DNA from: Octopus vulgaris
Taxonomy: Eukaryota
Reading direction: 5' to 3'
Assembly: GCA_951406725.2 (NCBI GenBank)
Contig: OX597816.1
Span: 90,582,001-90,646,000, forward strand
DNA: 64,000 nucleotides
Both the position numbers and the translations under genes were made by a program. Of this stretch, positions 41,031-55,126 are shown piece after piece (positions within the stretch are counted from its first letter, which is position 1; each line of letters starts with the position of its first letter). The notes under the pieces were generated by a model that was not told the DNA's origin, searched no databases, and saw only the letters and a program-made list of their open reading frames with translations.

Positions 41031-41487
41031 CACCGCCGTAAAACTATTAAAATGAAGAAATTTGTGGACTAAAACATACATTTTTCAAGTGATATAAAAT
41101 AGAAAAGGTAATAATAGAAGGAAAGAAAGAAAAATAAAATAAAATAAAAGAATACATGAAATGAAGTGAAATAGCATTTGTGAGAGAGAAAAGGTGTGTT
41201 GAAAATAGCAGAGACGATGGGGGTAAAATACCTATGAGTTAAATGGGGACACCTTTTCCTTTTCTACCTAAAAGAAAGACGAGAAAAGTTGATTGTAAAA
41301 TCCTGATGTAAATGAGAGGAATTAATATATTTTAGTATTTCAATATTTTAATATTTCTAATAATTGAATTATTTCAATTTATTTTCACAAATAAAAGATA
41401 AAAAAAAACATACAAACACATACATGTAATTAACATTCAATGCATGAAATAAACCTACTGATAAAATAAAGGAATTAGATCACCTAC

Positions 41488-41780
41488 CCGTCTTCCAGCT
41501 TCATTGTTATGAAGATTCATAAGCATTCTGGCTAATCCACGCGAGAAACGCGGATAATTTCTTTCTTTCTCTCGTTTATCAATAAAACCAACTGCAAATT
41601 TGTAGGCATGCTCAATGTTGTCCCCACATTCTCCCCATAGCCAATCTTTATGTATCGTCGGTGGCCGAGGGGCTTCACTGCATCCACACCGAGATAACTG
41701 ACCTTGTTGACATGCTCGACTGATGGAATATACTACACCAGAAGAAGATATAGCATGTGTGAAACCATTTTCTCGACTAC
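41488..41780 (-). CDS. Wnt5: Internal coding exon of a Wnt5-type ligand gene
   Basis: Translates (G)SRENGFTHAISSSGVVYSISRACQQGQLSRCGCS...DWLWGECGDN...ARMLMNLHNNEAGRR, colinear with the Wnt5 segment GSRETAF...SRAC..G.LS.CGCS...DWLWGGCGDN...LMNLHNNEAGRR. Acceptor tttctcgttgattccAG (AG at 41782-41781, phase 1) and donor CGG|GTAGGT (GT at 41487-41486, phase 0). 293 nt. No other Wnt exon was found in the window. Confidence 0.93.
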
Positions 41781-42144
41781 CTGGAATCAACGAGAAATTA
41801 AATTGAAAATTGTTTTGAACAGTCTTAGAATTAAATTACTTCTAAATCGCCTTATTATGTGGATAGAGCTATTATTTAAGATAATGACTAATTTTTATTA
41901 TTATTTTTCTCAGTATCTAAGTGTTTATAAATCATATCTTTAATCACACTATTTTTTTTTTATTTAGCAAGCCGAACTTTATCAAATAAAAAGAAACGAC
42001 AATTAATTTGTGAATTGGATAAAAGTAACGATACTTAAAGTGGGTATGTCCATCAAACTCTGACACGAAATTTTTATGAATAAAAGGATAATATTCGACA
42101 AACAGCAATTGTCTAGGAGTAAATTTTAATGACAATACAAATAT

Positions 42145-42800
42145 CAGTTTCAAACTTTGGCAAAAGGCCAGCAATTTCAGGGGAGGAGTGAGCCGATTGC
42201 ATTGACCGTAGTGCTTAACTGATACTTATTTTTTGACCCCTAAAAGATGAATTTGAACTCAGAAAGTAAAGACGGACGGAATGCCGCTAAGCATTTTGCA
42301 CCACGTGCTAACGATTGTGCTAGCTCGCACGACACAAATATTAACTGATGTTTCAATCGGCTTTTTAAGATGGGGAAAGGTGGCGAACTGGCGCCGGAGA
42401 AAATAGTCGGAAAAATGCTTAGCAGCATTACTTCCGATTTTACGTTCTGAGTTCAAATTCTGCCGAGGTCGACTTTTGGGGTCGATAAAATAAGTTTCAA
42501 TTGAATACTGGGGTCGATATAATCGTCAGCCCCCCCCCCCCCCCAAGTTTTTAGCATTATGACAAAATTTGAAGCCATTATTAAGATGTAAAAGGTGGAG
42601 AGCTGGCAGAATTGTTAGCACGCCTGGAAAATGTTTAGCGACATTTTGCTCATCTTTACATTCTGAGTTCAAACGCTGCCGAGGTTGATTTTATCTTTCA
42701 TCCTTTTCAAGTCGATGAAATAAATACCAGTCGAACACTGGAGTCAATGTAATCGACTAACCCTCTCTCCCGAACTTACTGGCCTTGTGTCAAAAATTAA
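42145..42800. mobile_element. Three family A SINEs upstream of the Wnt exon (one -, two +); two more (-) at 43220-43640
   Basis: Heads at about 42330 (-), 42378 (+) and 42592 (+). Confidence 0.82.
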
Positions 42801-45438
42801 TATCAAGATGGTGACTTTTTGCATTTCGAATTTAGTTTAATATTTTTAGAATGGAAAATTAAGTAAATGTCGAAATGTTCTGCTTTATGTTTCTTCTTTA
42901 AATAAAAATAGGTAGATGTCATTGAGAAACTTTAATTAAAAAAAATTGATTTGATTTTTATTTTACAACTGAGGGAGTTCAATATGAAGACAAAGACAAA
43001 CATATATCGTATAATTTAAATTAAAAACACTTAAAATGTAGATTTTCTGGTAAGAAGACTGTTTTTACATCACAAAAGCTAATATATAAAAAATGACCCA
43101 GAGATAATTAACAAACGTTATTACTTAGAAAGCTGTACATACAAATTCAGAGACAAAGTATTTAGTAACTAATACTGATGACGATGATAACAGTAGGAGT
43201 TCTTGGAATAACAATAATAGTTGTTTTTAATAGAGGCATGAATTTGGGTAAACGGGATAGTAAGTTATAATGATCCCAGTATCTGACTGGTACTTTATTT
43301 TATCGACCAAGTAAGGATGAAAAGTAAAGTCGACCTGGGCGAGATTTGAACTTAGAATGTGAAGAGCTCGAAGATATGCCATTAAGGCTTTTGACCTACA
43401 CGATCGCAATTCTGCCAGCTCCCCGTCATAATAGTCCTTTCTTATTTTGGCACAGGACAAGCAATTTAGCCGTGAGGAAGTCGCTGACATCAACCCCAAT
43501 GCTTAACTAGTACTTATTTTATCGACCTCAAAAGGCTGAAAGGCAAAGTCGACATCAGCAGAATTTGGACTCAGAAGTTAAAGCCGGAAGAAATTATTGC
43601 TAAGCATTTTATTCGACGCATTAGCGATTCTGCCAATACACCACCATTTCATCCAAAACGACCGTGATGGACGAGTTGACATCATAAGGTTAAATTGCAG
43701 AAATGGCGGGAGAAAATTTGTTTATATATGTGTTATGATCAGAAATAGACATGTTTTAATCAATACGAAAAAAGTTAATCGGATAATCGCTAAACAATAA
43801 TGAAATGTCTAAGAAATATAAGCAAACATATACAAAGTTACTTTATATCTGTATCCTCTAGAAGAAAGATCATACAGAATAATAGTTTGTCCGGGTACGA
43901 CTATTAATATTAATAATACACCAATATATACAGAATTGTTGCAACTGAAGAAGTAATTTACATATATTCATTTCCTTGCTGCTTGTTTTTTTTTTTATTT
44001 CACGCTTTTATTTCTGCAAGTAAGGCTAGGAAATGGAGACATCTAAGTGAGATAAGAAAATACTTGTTTATTATGAAAATACTCTTCCTCAAATTGTAAA
44101 TATGAAAATAGTATTTTAATAATTTTTATGGAAACTATTACATATTGGTCTATAATACTCGAGAGATTACATATACCAGAGAAACAGTTTAGAAGAAAAG
44201 AAAGGAATAAAATGCATCTCTTCATATATTATACACGACTTCCAATTATTTGCTACCATTGAATGACAGAAGTGGGTTAATAAGAAGAAATTTGGTGGCA
44301 TAAATATGTCAGAGGAAAAGAAGGCTAATGTTTGGCAAAGCAGTAGACTGAATAGGAGATAGAGAACATTAGTCTACATTCTTGTAAAGACTGGTATGTA
44401 GAATTCGGCTGATACATAAAGAAGCTGTAACTTATAAAGAGCTCTTATATATAAAATAATTGTTTGCAGTTTCTATTGAAGAAGATGATGATCGAAAATA
44501 TTTCCATGCGAACTTACTCTGCGTGATTAAGATAGATTGAAAAGAAAATCCCCTTTACCCAAAGTTAAATGCTTACTCCATACGTCATCCTTTTGTTTTA
44601 CTTGTTATAATTAAAATTCAATGTTGAATTAAAATTTTGCTTTGACCTGAACCTAAAGAATTTCGAGAAAATAAACAAAATAAGGTAGCAATTTTCAGGA
44701 TCAGATGTCTCTCTAGACGTTGATTAAATAATGTGTTTTGTAGAGTCAGTACCACGTTATGTTTCTGTACTGAATGTCATTCATTTCCTGCAGTAGACGA
44801 TGTCGTATTGAAAGAATTACGTAAATACCATTTTCTGTTCATTTATCATAATATATCAAGGCTTCATTTATTGAGTAATATTAGGAAAATAGATGACTAC
44901 TTAATATGAGGCTATAATAATGTATATGCATCAGTATTATAAATATGTATTCAAAGAGCCAACAAGGAAACATCTGTGTGGTCACTATACCTCCTAAAAA
45001 CAACGGCAAATTTCCCTCAAACTACAACCCAATCAAGTTAAAATATGTATTGCAGTTCGTGGTACAGTTTTCCCTCAAAAAGAAAAGTTCATCATTGCTA
45101 GAATTTCTATGATTCTAGGTTTGCTCGACGGGAGACAACTTCAGTTTAGGCAACAACATAAAAGTTAAAAACAGACACATTAAAATTTATGAGAAAGCAA
45201 TACGAAGATTCATCTTTTGCTACAGTTAACCTGCGACTAAGTGTGTGAAGCCTTTCAATTAATATGGACAGAGGGACACACGTAAGTAACAGTAATATAC
45301 GAACAGAATGTGTATATGGACTTTTAATCACAAAATTTGAGATGAGGGTGAGAATGCCATGACATACATATTTTCCGAAAGACATTAGAAGCGTATTAGA
45401 ATCGAGAACCAAAAGTCTGGTGAATTATCACACACACA

Positions 45439-45556
<118 letters not shown>

Positions 45557-45884
45557 AGTTTTGGCACGTGGCTCCGTGGTTAGGGTATTCGGATCACGCC
45601 TTGTGTCCTTGAGCAAGACACCTTGTTTCACGTTGCTCCAGTTCACTCAGCTGCCAAAAATGAGTAGTACCTGTATTTCAAAGGGCCAGCCTTTGTAACA
45701 TTCTGTGTTACATTCTGTGTCGCGCTGAGTCTACTTGAGAACTACTATAAGGATACGCATATCTGCCGAGTGCTTAGTCACTTGCACGTTAATTTCACGA
45801 GCAGGCTGTTCCGTTGATCGGATCAACTGGAATCCTCCTCGTCGTCATAAACGACGAAGTGCCAGTTTATATATACATATAAAA

Positions 45885-46086
45885 ATGTGACCGCGTGTGT
45901 ACCGTTGGCGATTTTTTTCCCTCTGTCTTCCCTTCTCTGGATCTTTCCTTCAATGTTTCCGACGAAGAGCTCCGCTCGAAACGTTAAACTCTCCTTCTTC
46001 CCTTTCTTCCTGAGCGTCCAATAATACTATATTTGTTCCACGTCCACGCGTTGTTGTGTTTTCTCTTTGTGTTTTCATGTTTGGAT

Positions 46087-46092
<6 letters not shown>
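45885..46092 (+). mobile_element. Penelope-like terminal sequence with a minimal hammerhead variant (45955-45989)
   Basis: GUUU-CCGACGA-A-GAGC ucc GCUC-GAAACGUU-AAAC. Ends in (TA)n. Confidence 0.7.
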
Positions 46093-46133
<41 letters not shown>

Positions 46134-46917
46134 TTAATAAAACCTCACGGATTTAGAATAGGAAAAACAGGATATTGTGACAATTATGCCATGCCAAGTC
46201 GTTGACATAATGTATTGAAAATTTAACGCGGTAACGCAGCGCCCTTCTCCTTGTGCAAATAAATATCATTAATACCTTATCTAGGTCGTGGGGATGGGGA
46301 CCCTTTTGGTCCGATGAGTCAAAATACCAAATCTCTTTAAAAATCCTTTTAGTGGAGTGTCACATACACACAAACACACACAAAAACACACACACACACA
46401 CATACACACACAGAGTTCAAATTTACAGATAACAAAAGACGAAGACAGGTGAGGGAACTACAAGCAGGTGTGTTAGTTTGACGACTCGGGAAGAATGGAA
46501 AAGTGTTTGACGTCTTGGGTCTTCGACAGAAAGGGTCGAAAGGGGAAAAATAGAGAGAACGAAAAAAACGGAGAGAAGCAATGTTTAGGAATTAACGGTT
46601 CAACATGAAATGTATGATTGTTTCAGGTGATTGTTTATAGACAAATTTTTTATAACATGCTGTAAGATATAGCAGAGAGATTTTTTTCCACAAGTTCATG
46701 GTTTTTCACTTAAAAACCAGCAACATGTCACTGTGACCGGCTTGTTAAGCATTCACCCTCACTGATCTAGCTGTATTTTTCAATTGTGAAACTAAAAGGG
46801 GCATACTAAAAATTACCGCGTTTTTACTTTCAATATTGAAACAATGCGATGATAAATACATAAGATTTATAGCAAAAATTTCTATTTGAAAGTTATACAC
46901 TAAGGAAAGTAGTAGCT

Positions 46918-46962
<45 letters not shown>

Positions 46963-46966
46963 CATC

Positions 46967-47043
<77 letters not shown>

Positions 47044-47488
47044 ATATATATATATATGTATATATATATACAGATACGTATACATACGCACATACATATA
47101 TGCATACACACACACACGCGCACGCGCACACACGAGTGTATGTTAAAACAAAACGCTATTAACGCACTCGTAATTTAATAATTTAATAATAAATATTGTA
47201 TATTACATACAGCAATATCCATTCATAGCGAAGTGACTCACATCGATTCTTTGTTTACAAGATATAACACCAATTAATCAAATTATGAATGAATTAACTG
47301 CTATAGTTTTTAACATAAAGCTGTATTTGAACATAATAAACAAATTATAATATATAAATTAAATATATATGCAGTGGCCTTTCCGAATAGTTTCTGCTTA
47401 CCAAATTCATTCACAAGGCTCTGGCCAGCTCGATTCTATGGTGTAAGACACTCAAATAACTGCACAGTGGAATTATATCTATATCTCA

Positions 47489-47573
<85 letters not shown>

Positions 47574-47606
47574 GTCTATCTGTATGTCTGTCTGTCTGTC
47601 TCTCTG

Positions 47607-47645
<39 letters not shown>

Positions 47646-48959
47646 TTGTAGCGGCGCATGTCTCAATGGATATGTGGTTGAACTCATGATCGTAAGATTG
47701 TAGTTTCGATCCCTGGACCGGCCGATGTTTTGTGTTCTTGAGCAAAACACTTCATTTCACATTCCTCCATTCAACTCAGCGGCTAAAAAAGAGTAATCCT
47801 GGGATGGACTCACGTTCCGTTCAGGGAGGAATATATACGCCGAAGAAACCGGGAAACATGCCCTATAATCAATCCTTACGGAGTAATGTGGACTGACATA
47901 TGTATTTACTTTTATACTTTTATACACTTATATATAAACCTATAGATATCTGTATACATACATACATACACACACACACACATCAGTTCCTATTTATAAA
48001 TTTATTGTTTTTATTAGTCACTGGTAAGTTTACATTATAGCTTATAAGGTTAATATATATTAAGAGTATGTAGTGTTTTTATTATTAATTTCTGAATTAT
48101 GAAATAATGTATTTCACTCATAATTATTATATTATTCATTAAATTCAATCGCGGTTTTGTTTTGCAGAGAATTGAAATAAAGCTTTCACTTTCTGTTATT
48201 ATAGTAGTATTTATAGAAGATTGGTGGATTATTATTTGTATAGACTAAAAGATCGGTCGCTATTTAGTATATAATTTAGTTATAGTAGGTTTACTATTAA
48301 TACCGATGCAGATGTACACATATTTATGTGTTTCTTGTAGTTTGATTTTAAAGTTAGTGTTTAACCCTGCCTATATTTGATTGGATATTGTCGTACATAG
48401 GGTAAAATGCTTGAAAGTTGAGTGTTTTGTTTTGTTGGTATGTTTGTTCCCAAACAGCGCTTCTTTTACTGCTGTTGACATCGCCTGATTGAATGGTACT
48501 GCCCAGGTGTCGAAACCATAATGATATCCGTGGGGCAGCTGATGATGGAGGTATGTTGGATTGTAGGTATGGCTGTTTTTGTATATGTGGATTAGTGTTA
48601 TGACACATCCTTTTAATATATATATATATATACATGCACACACACACACAATATATATATGCACACACATACATACACAAACATATATTGTATAAACCGT
48701 CAAGCGAAACTTAAATACCCAGGCAATATGAACTTTACACTAATATTGACTCTACTTTCATTATTGAACATTCATTATAAATAAATTTACTGTTGTTATC
48801 CTTAAAATTGTTTTAAAATTAACCTTAATTAACCCCCACTTATTTAACGATAAGTGACTCTTGCAAGACCAGTGCTGTTGCATTCTTGGGGAAATTCGTC
48901 AGACAGAATTAATTAACTGCATCAATACAATTTCTACTTGATATATTGAGTAACTTAAG

Positions 48960-49045
<86 letters not shown>

Positions 49046-49130
49046 TATACACATATATACACATATATATATATATATATGTGGTTAGGGCAGCGGAGGA
49101 TCGCGGTTTCGATATATATATACACACACA

Positions 49131-49356
49131 CATGTATAAACCCCAAAGCACATGTGTGCATGTGTGTGCGAGTGAGCTACGTTTGTGAATTTATTTTTCT
49201 TCCCATCTAGTGGTTGCTTAATTCTTTTTCGCTCTATAGGCAAAGTCTATGTCTAATACATACAAATGTATTTATTAAACAATCTTCGTTTATTAAGAAG
49301 CTGATTTATATGTCTGTAAATGTATATATATGTGTCTGTATATATATACATATACA

Positions 49357-49455
<99 letters not shown>

Positions 49456-49474
49456 GTGAATACACACACACACG

Positions 49475-49540
<66 letters not shown>

Positions 49541-50393
49541 TATAGATGTATATACACACATGCAAACATATCTGTATCTCCTCTACATGTTACGGAGTAA
49601 ATTCAGGGTATAACGACCTTCTGAGTAATTTAAATATTTCGCTGATTCTATTTTCTTGATGAAATATTTTTGTAGTCTTCCCAGAAAATATATTTTTCTA
49701 GGAGTATTGGAAGGCCATAAATATAAACGCAGAAACGTGCATTTTGGATGTTCTTGGTGAACACCGCACATCCCCCAATGTCAGTAATTTTTCTGTCTAA
49801 TTATTTTGTTCTTGTAGTACCATCATAAAGTTTGACTGTACGCTGCTTTAAAACCTAAATAAAACATTCAGAAACAAAGATTTAGGATGGGATGAAGTCT
49901 AATTTATGTATAGAAAGAATATAGAATTTGTTTATTTATACTTATGTCAGTGTAGAATTTTCAGCACATTGACACTCTCTGTGGCTATAGCTACTATGTT
50001 GTTAATAAGTAGTAACCAATTTCTTCTTCAATGATAATATTAAGTAGTGGGTTTATAGAAAAAGAGGTCCTTAGTATTAAAAGTACTAACCAATACCATA
50101 TTAGGAAGGATTCCTTCATCATCATTTCTGATTCTCAAGGCCGGACTAGTTCTGAGTTCAAGATATGTTCTTTGGGGTCGTGTAAAAGATCGCACTTTCT
50201 TAGTACAGACACATATAAATCAGCTTCTTAATAAACGAAGATTGTTTAATAAATACATTTGTATGTATTAGACGTAGACTTTGTCTATACAACGGAAAAG
50301 AATTAAGCAACCACTAGATGGGAAGAAAAATAAATTCACAAACGTAGCTCACTCTCACACACATGCAAACATGTGCTTTTGGGTTTATACATG
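49131..50393. repeat. Inverted repeat pair (about 190-bp arms, 49131-49318 and 50204-50393)
   Basis: gagtgagctacgtttgtgaatttatttttcttcccatctagtggttgcttaatt... and its reverse complement, over 90% identical by eye. Confidence 0.92.
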
Positions 50394-50878
50394 CATATAT
50401 ATATATATATATATATATATACGTAATATTTGTGCACATGCAAACATATACACGCGCATTGTGAAGACACATATATGCTTGGGTGTATGTGTGTATGGAG
50501 GCATATGCATGTTTGTGATTGTGTACGTATATGTATGCATACATGTGTATGTGTGTGTTCGTAAGGTTGCATGTGTACACATAGAAAATAAACATAATTT
50601 TCATTTTATAACAGAGAAGTGGGGAAGAGAGTGCTATAAAGCATTGAAGTACTCCAACTGAAATGTTCAACAAGAATCAAACGAGGAGACAGGAACGTAA
50701 AAAGAAACAAGTGTAAAGTGAAATACAAAGTGCTAAAATATAAATAAACAGTGACAAACACCATGAAGGAAGGCATCCGGTGAGCTGAGACCTCAAGCTA
50801 GTTTTCATTTCCGGTTGAAGCGAAAACTTCTCAGCTACGCTACTAATGCCCTCGATAAAAGTCATGGATATGTGCGTG

Positions 50879-50938
<60 letters not shown>

Positions 50939-52364
50939 AAGCTTGTTCCTTTCAGTATGTAAATAAATATTATGTTAAAAACGTAACGTTTTCAATTTTT
51001 ATTTGTTTTATATTTACTCTCGTGTATTTGCACTCAGCATTTTGCGTGCCATGTTATATTTGCTCATTGCGTGAAGTTGTCACAATAATTTTGCTTTACG
51101 TTGTTTTCTTCGTATAGTTGATGTGTTTGACGTACAAGTGTTACTGGAGTTACGAAGCTATAAAACAATTTATAGTTGCATAAGTGTCAATCGACTTTCG
51201 CTTTGGTGTTCATTCAAAAAGAAACACATTTTACGTTTGGCTAATGTTAGTGAGTTCATTGTCCCCTCGTTTTCGTTTCGTTTTCCTTTCTATTTCCATC
51301 TGAATCGATTCACCCTTAACCCGAACCCCGTACAACAATCAAAGGAATTTTAGCTACTCTGTTCTACTTAAAGTTATCTATGTATATGATGAATTTTTTT
51401 CAGTTGTTTTTCAACACTTAAGCTGTTCTAACTAGGCTAAGATTTCCGTATTTGTTCCTAATGAATCTTAAAATTCTGCAGTTCACTTAAACTTTACTTT
51501 TTAAAATCCTTTTCATTAATGGCTTAACAATAATACGTTCTTTAATCCGATTCATTAACTTCTTCCCGTTTATAGAATATGAGCAAAACGCCACCGATGG
51601 ACGGTGCTGAGTTGTTAAACATTTAAACCAAATTTTCTCAAAACAACTTCTCCGACCGTCCCATAGGCCTCTTCTTTGAGAAACACTGATTTAACCTAAA
51701 TTTGAGACACCAGTAAAAGAAGAAATAAAGATAGACTTTTTTTCTATTCCAAAGAAAAACGATTTCCCACAGCTTTATCGATCGCATCTCACCTGGAATC
51801 GATTTTTGTAATTTTTTCAAGACTTATACACGCCTCGATACCGTCGGTATCTACATATCAAATTTGAGTGCAATCGGATGCAAGATGCCCGAGATCCGAG
51901 AAGACATACACACACACAGACAGACGGGCAGACAGAACGGATTTTATATAAGAGATGTTTCGAAAATAATTGACTAACCAGTACCTTATAGCAACTGACA
52001 GCAGCCAACTGCTGTAAAAATTTCTGAATATTTAATAAATCTTGCTTATAAATTTACTTTTTGTCGTTTCTTGTTTAATAACTCATTAACTTAAAATAAT
52101 TATATTTATTATGTAGTCAATAATTTAAGCATTATTGTACAGAAAATATTATTATTAGCGTATCTTCAATTGTCCTAGATACAATTATCGTTTCAATAAC
52201 TGATTGTCGTATGAGTATTTCTAAAAAAAACATTCTTTCAAACACATCTTGATTTTAACAAAGAATTTGCTTTATTTAAATGTTGCAATCATTCTCGCTA
52301 TTCTTTCTTATTAAAGTTAACATAAGAGGTAAATAATAAAGGTACATACTACAGTATTTTCCTA

Positions 52365-54064
52365 CTGAATTTCTCCCTTTCTGAAATGGATTCGTCCTTT
52401 TCTGAAATGGATTCGTCCTTTTCTCAAATGAATTCGTCCTTTTCTCAAAGGAATTCGTCCCTTTAATATCATAGTCCGATTTATAAAACATAATAATTTC
52501 AACACTTTTAACATGCCAAACAAGACACACAAGAAAGTATCTGAGTAGGATAAAAAAAGAATATTTTCTGCTTTCAGAAACAGCGAAAATTTGAAATCGT
52601 TGCCCCGCGCCCTTGATATATATTTCTTTGCTACCCACAAGGGGCTAAACATAGAGGGGACAAACAAGGACAGACAAAGGGATTAAGGCGATTACATCGA
52701 CCCAGTGCGAAACTGGTACTTTATTTATCGACCCCGAGAGGATGAAAGGCAAAGTCGACCTCGGCGGAATTTGAACTCAGAACGTAACAACAGACGAAAT
52801 ACCGCTAAGCATTTCGCCCGGCGCGCTAACGTTTCTGCTAGCTCGCCGCCTCCTTGATATTAACTACAGTATAGTTAAGGCAATTGCGCAAAAAGATTAT
52901 TCTCCAAAGAAAAAACGTGGGCACCGATAGCGAAAAATCAAGGAAAATCATTAACAATTTTTACAAGAATCGATTAATGATGACCCAACTTTAACTTTGA
53001 AAAGACTGAGAGAACTTTTACATGAGAAATTCGATTATCAACTATTGATCACTATCTTGATGGCTTTGGATACACTCTGAAAGAACTAATAATTCGCCCT
53101 CAAGAACGAAATAGCGAAAATAAAAAAAGGAGCGATGTTATTACGCAAAATGGCTTCAAGATAATGGATTGCCCATTCATCGCGTATGCATTGATGAAAC
53201 AAATTACATTTGGATTTCAAGGTAAATGATTAATATATTTTCTAAATATTTATATAAAATTTTGTTTCTGAAATATTTTTGCGATCTACTTTATTTTGAA
53301 GGTCGATGGGCAGAGCATACCGTGGAGTTCGGGTAATTACCGATCGTCCTTTTACTAAAAGGGCAAATCTAAACATTATTACCGTTATGGATATGTCGAG
53401 TTTTATCCAATTCGAAACATTTAAGAAGATCACAGCTTCTGAATTTAACAGCTTTTTACATCAATGTTCACTAAAGATCGCTGCGACTACATCAGATCCT
53501 ATCATATTTATTATGGACAATGCGTGCATCCATAAACGTGTCGATGAAGTTGATCTCGCGCCACAACATACGGTTAAATATCTAACTCCTTATTTCCCAA
53601 TGTTTAATCCCATTGAGGAAATATTTAACGAATTGAAATCTTTTGTGAAGCACTATATACAGTCATAAAAATGATTTCTACAGCAGACCAGAAAATTTAC
53701 CCGTGACGATTCATAGAGCGAATATTTTAAAAACAGCAATGTATCTTGCTGTAAATTGTGCAAGATATGATCGACATCAAACATTTTCATCCTGCAAGCA
53801 TTGAATATGAAGGATTTGTGAAATATTCATGATTACAAGCATTTTAAAAAAAATTTATATCGTTTTAAGTTTAGTTTTTGTTTATTTTTTTACTATTTTC
53901 GTGCTAAGATACTATTTTGTATATTTGTTTAAACTTATAGGTGTCTAATTTTTTAAATATTTAAGATCTAAATTGGCTTTGATATCAAAGTGACGAATTC
54001 ATTTCAGAAAAGGACGAATTCATTCGAGAAAGAGACGAATCATTTGAGAAAGGGTGAGGCGCAG
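52365..54064 (+). mobile_element. IS630/Tc1-superfamily DNA transposon with a decayed, intron-containing DDE transposase
   Basis: TA-ctg...cag-TA ends and 21-bp subterminal repeats (ttctgaaatggattcgtcctt) inverted at both ends. ATG at 52513. Catalytic motifs CIDETN, IMDNACIH and YLTPYFPMFNPIE. In-frame stops and frameshifts upstream. Confidence 0.88.
52620..52851 (-). mobile_element. Family A SINE inserted into the transposase N-terminus, 9-bp TSD
   Basis: ccttgatat at 52611-52619 and 52852-52860. Confidence 0.9.
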
Positions 54065-55051
54065 TAAGTTAATAAACGCTACACACTATAGTAATGATAC
54101 TGTAATAATAGCATAGGGAAGACACAAGCGAGTGAGTAAATCAGAAGTGCATGCTCAAAACATAATGTTTGACTCATATAACAGAAATAAATTAGGATGG
54201 CTGAGTAACTTAAATAAAAGAACATAAATAACAAAACAAGCAAAAACAATGTAACTGTTTTAACTCAGTTCCTACCAATATTTAATACAGTTAGAATTAA
54301 GACATAATCTTATATATAATGTTGAGAAAGCAACCTGAACAAAATATTAAAATAATCCATGATGGTTTTATTCAGTATATGACAATATACTCAGGTCATG
54401 AACCCCGGGCATTACAGGAATGAATAAAACAAGAACCCTCAGGTACAACATGGAGGCTGCTGAGAAAGCACCGGATGAAACGAGGTAAACGGTGGGATCA
54501 CAAGACACAAGTCTAGGTTTGATGAATCTGGGTTGGGATGCCTGGACAAAGGTGTACGTTGTAAGATCCGAAGCGCACAGTGGCACCAGGATACAGTACT
54601 GACGAGATGCCCAAGTGTTACATTTATTATTTCAATGTATATTTTGAACTAATAATTAATTGCTTCCAACTGATCTAAGTGATTAATTGGAGCAAAGAAA
54701 GCAATGACGAAATGGAAATAAGGCGGTTTGTGTAACAACAATAATCTAAATTTGTAAGCTGTCTGATCATGCTCCTTCCCCAAAATACACAGAAAGTGTG
54801 TTTTAAAATACTGAAATAACAGTCATCTGAGACATGCAGATACTGATTAAGATATAGTGGAGAATACTCCTGACATAGTCATCAAAGGCTCTTGGATGAT
54901 ACTTGATATGAGTATTCATGAGAGCCTTGGGATTGCTAAAAAAAGGAATACCCAGAAGAAATCTCTCCTAATTCCACCACACATCCAGAAAATTTTATCA
55001 GTATGGAATATTTTATACGTTGCTGGAATACACCTCATATGTTAATAATAA

Positions 55052-55126
<75 letters not shown>

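Noticed and set aside
48354-48703. Possible upstream Wnt exon
   Set aside because: No Wnt motifs (ECQ.QF, RWNC); probably a decayed retroelement fragment.
50783-50836. Hairpin agctgaga...tctcagct checked as a hammerhead
   Set aside because: Lacks a CUGANGA core in the correct register on either strand.
52370-52465. 21-bp tandem repeats superficially like a CRISPR array
   Set aside because: No spacers, eukaryotic context, and they are mirrored at 53990-54055 as transposon subterminal repeats.
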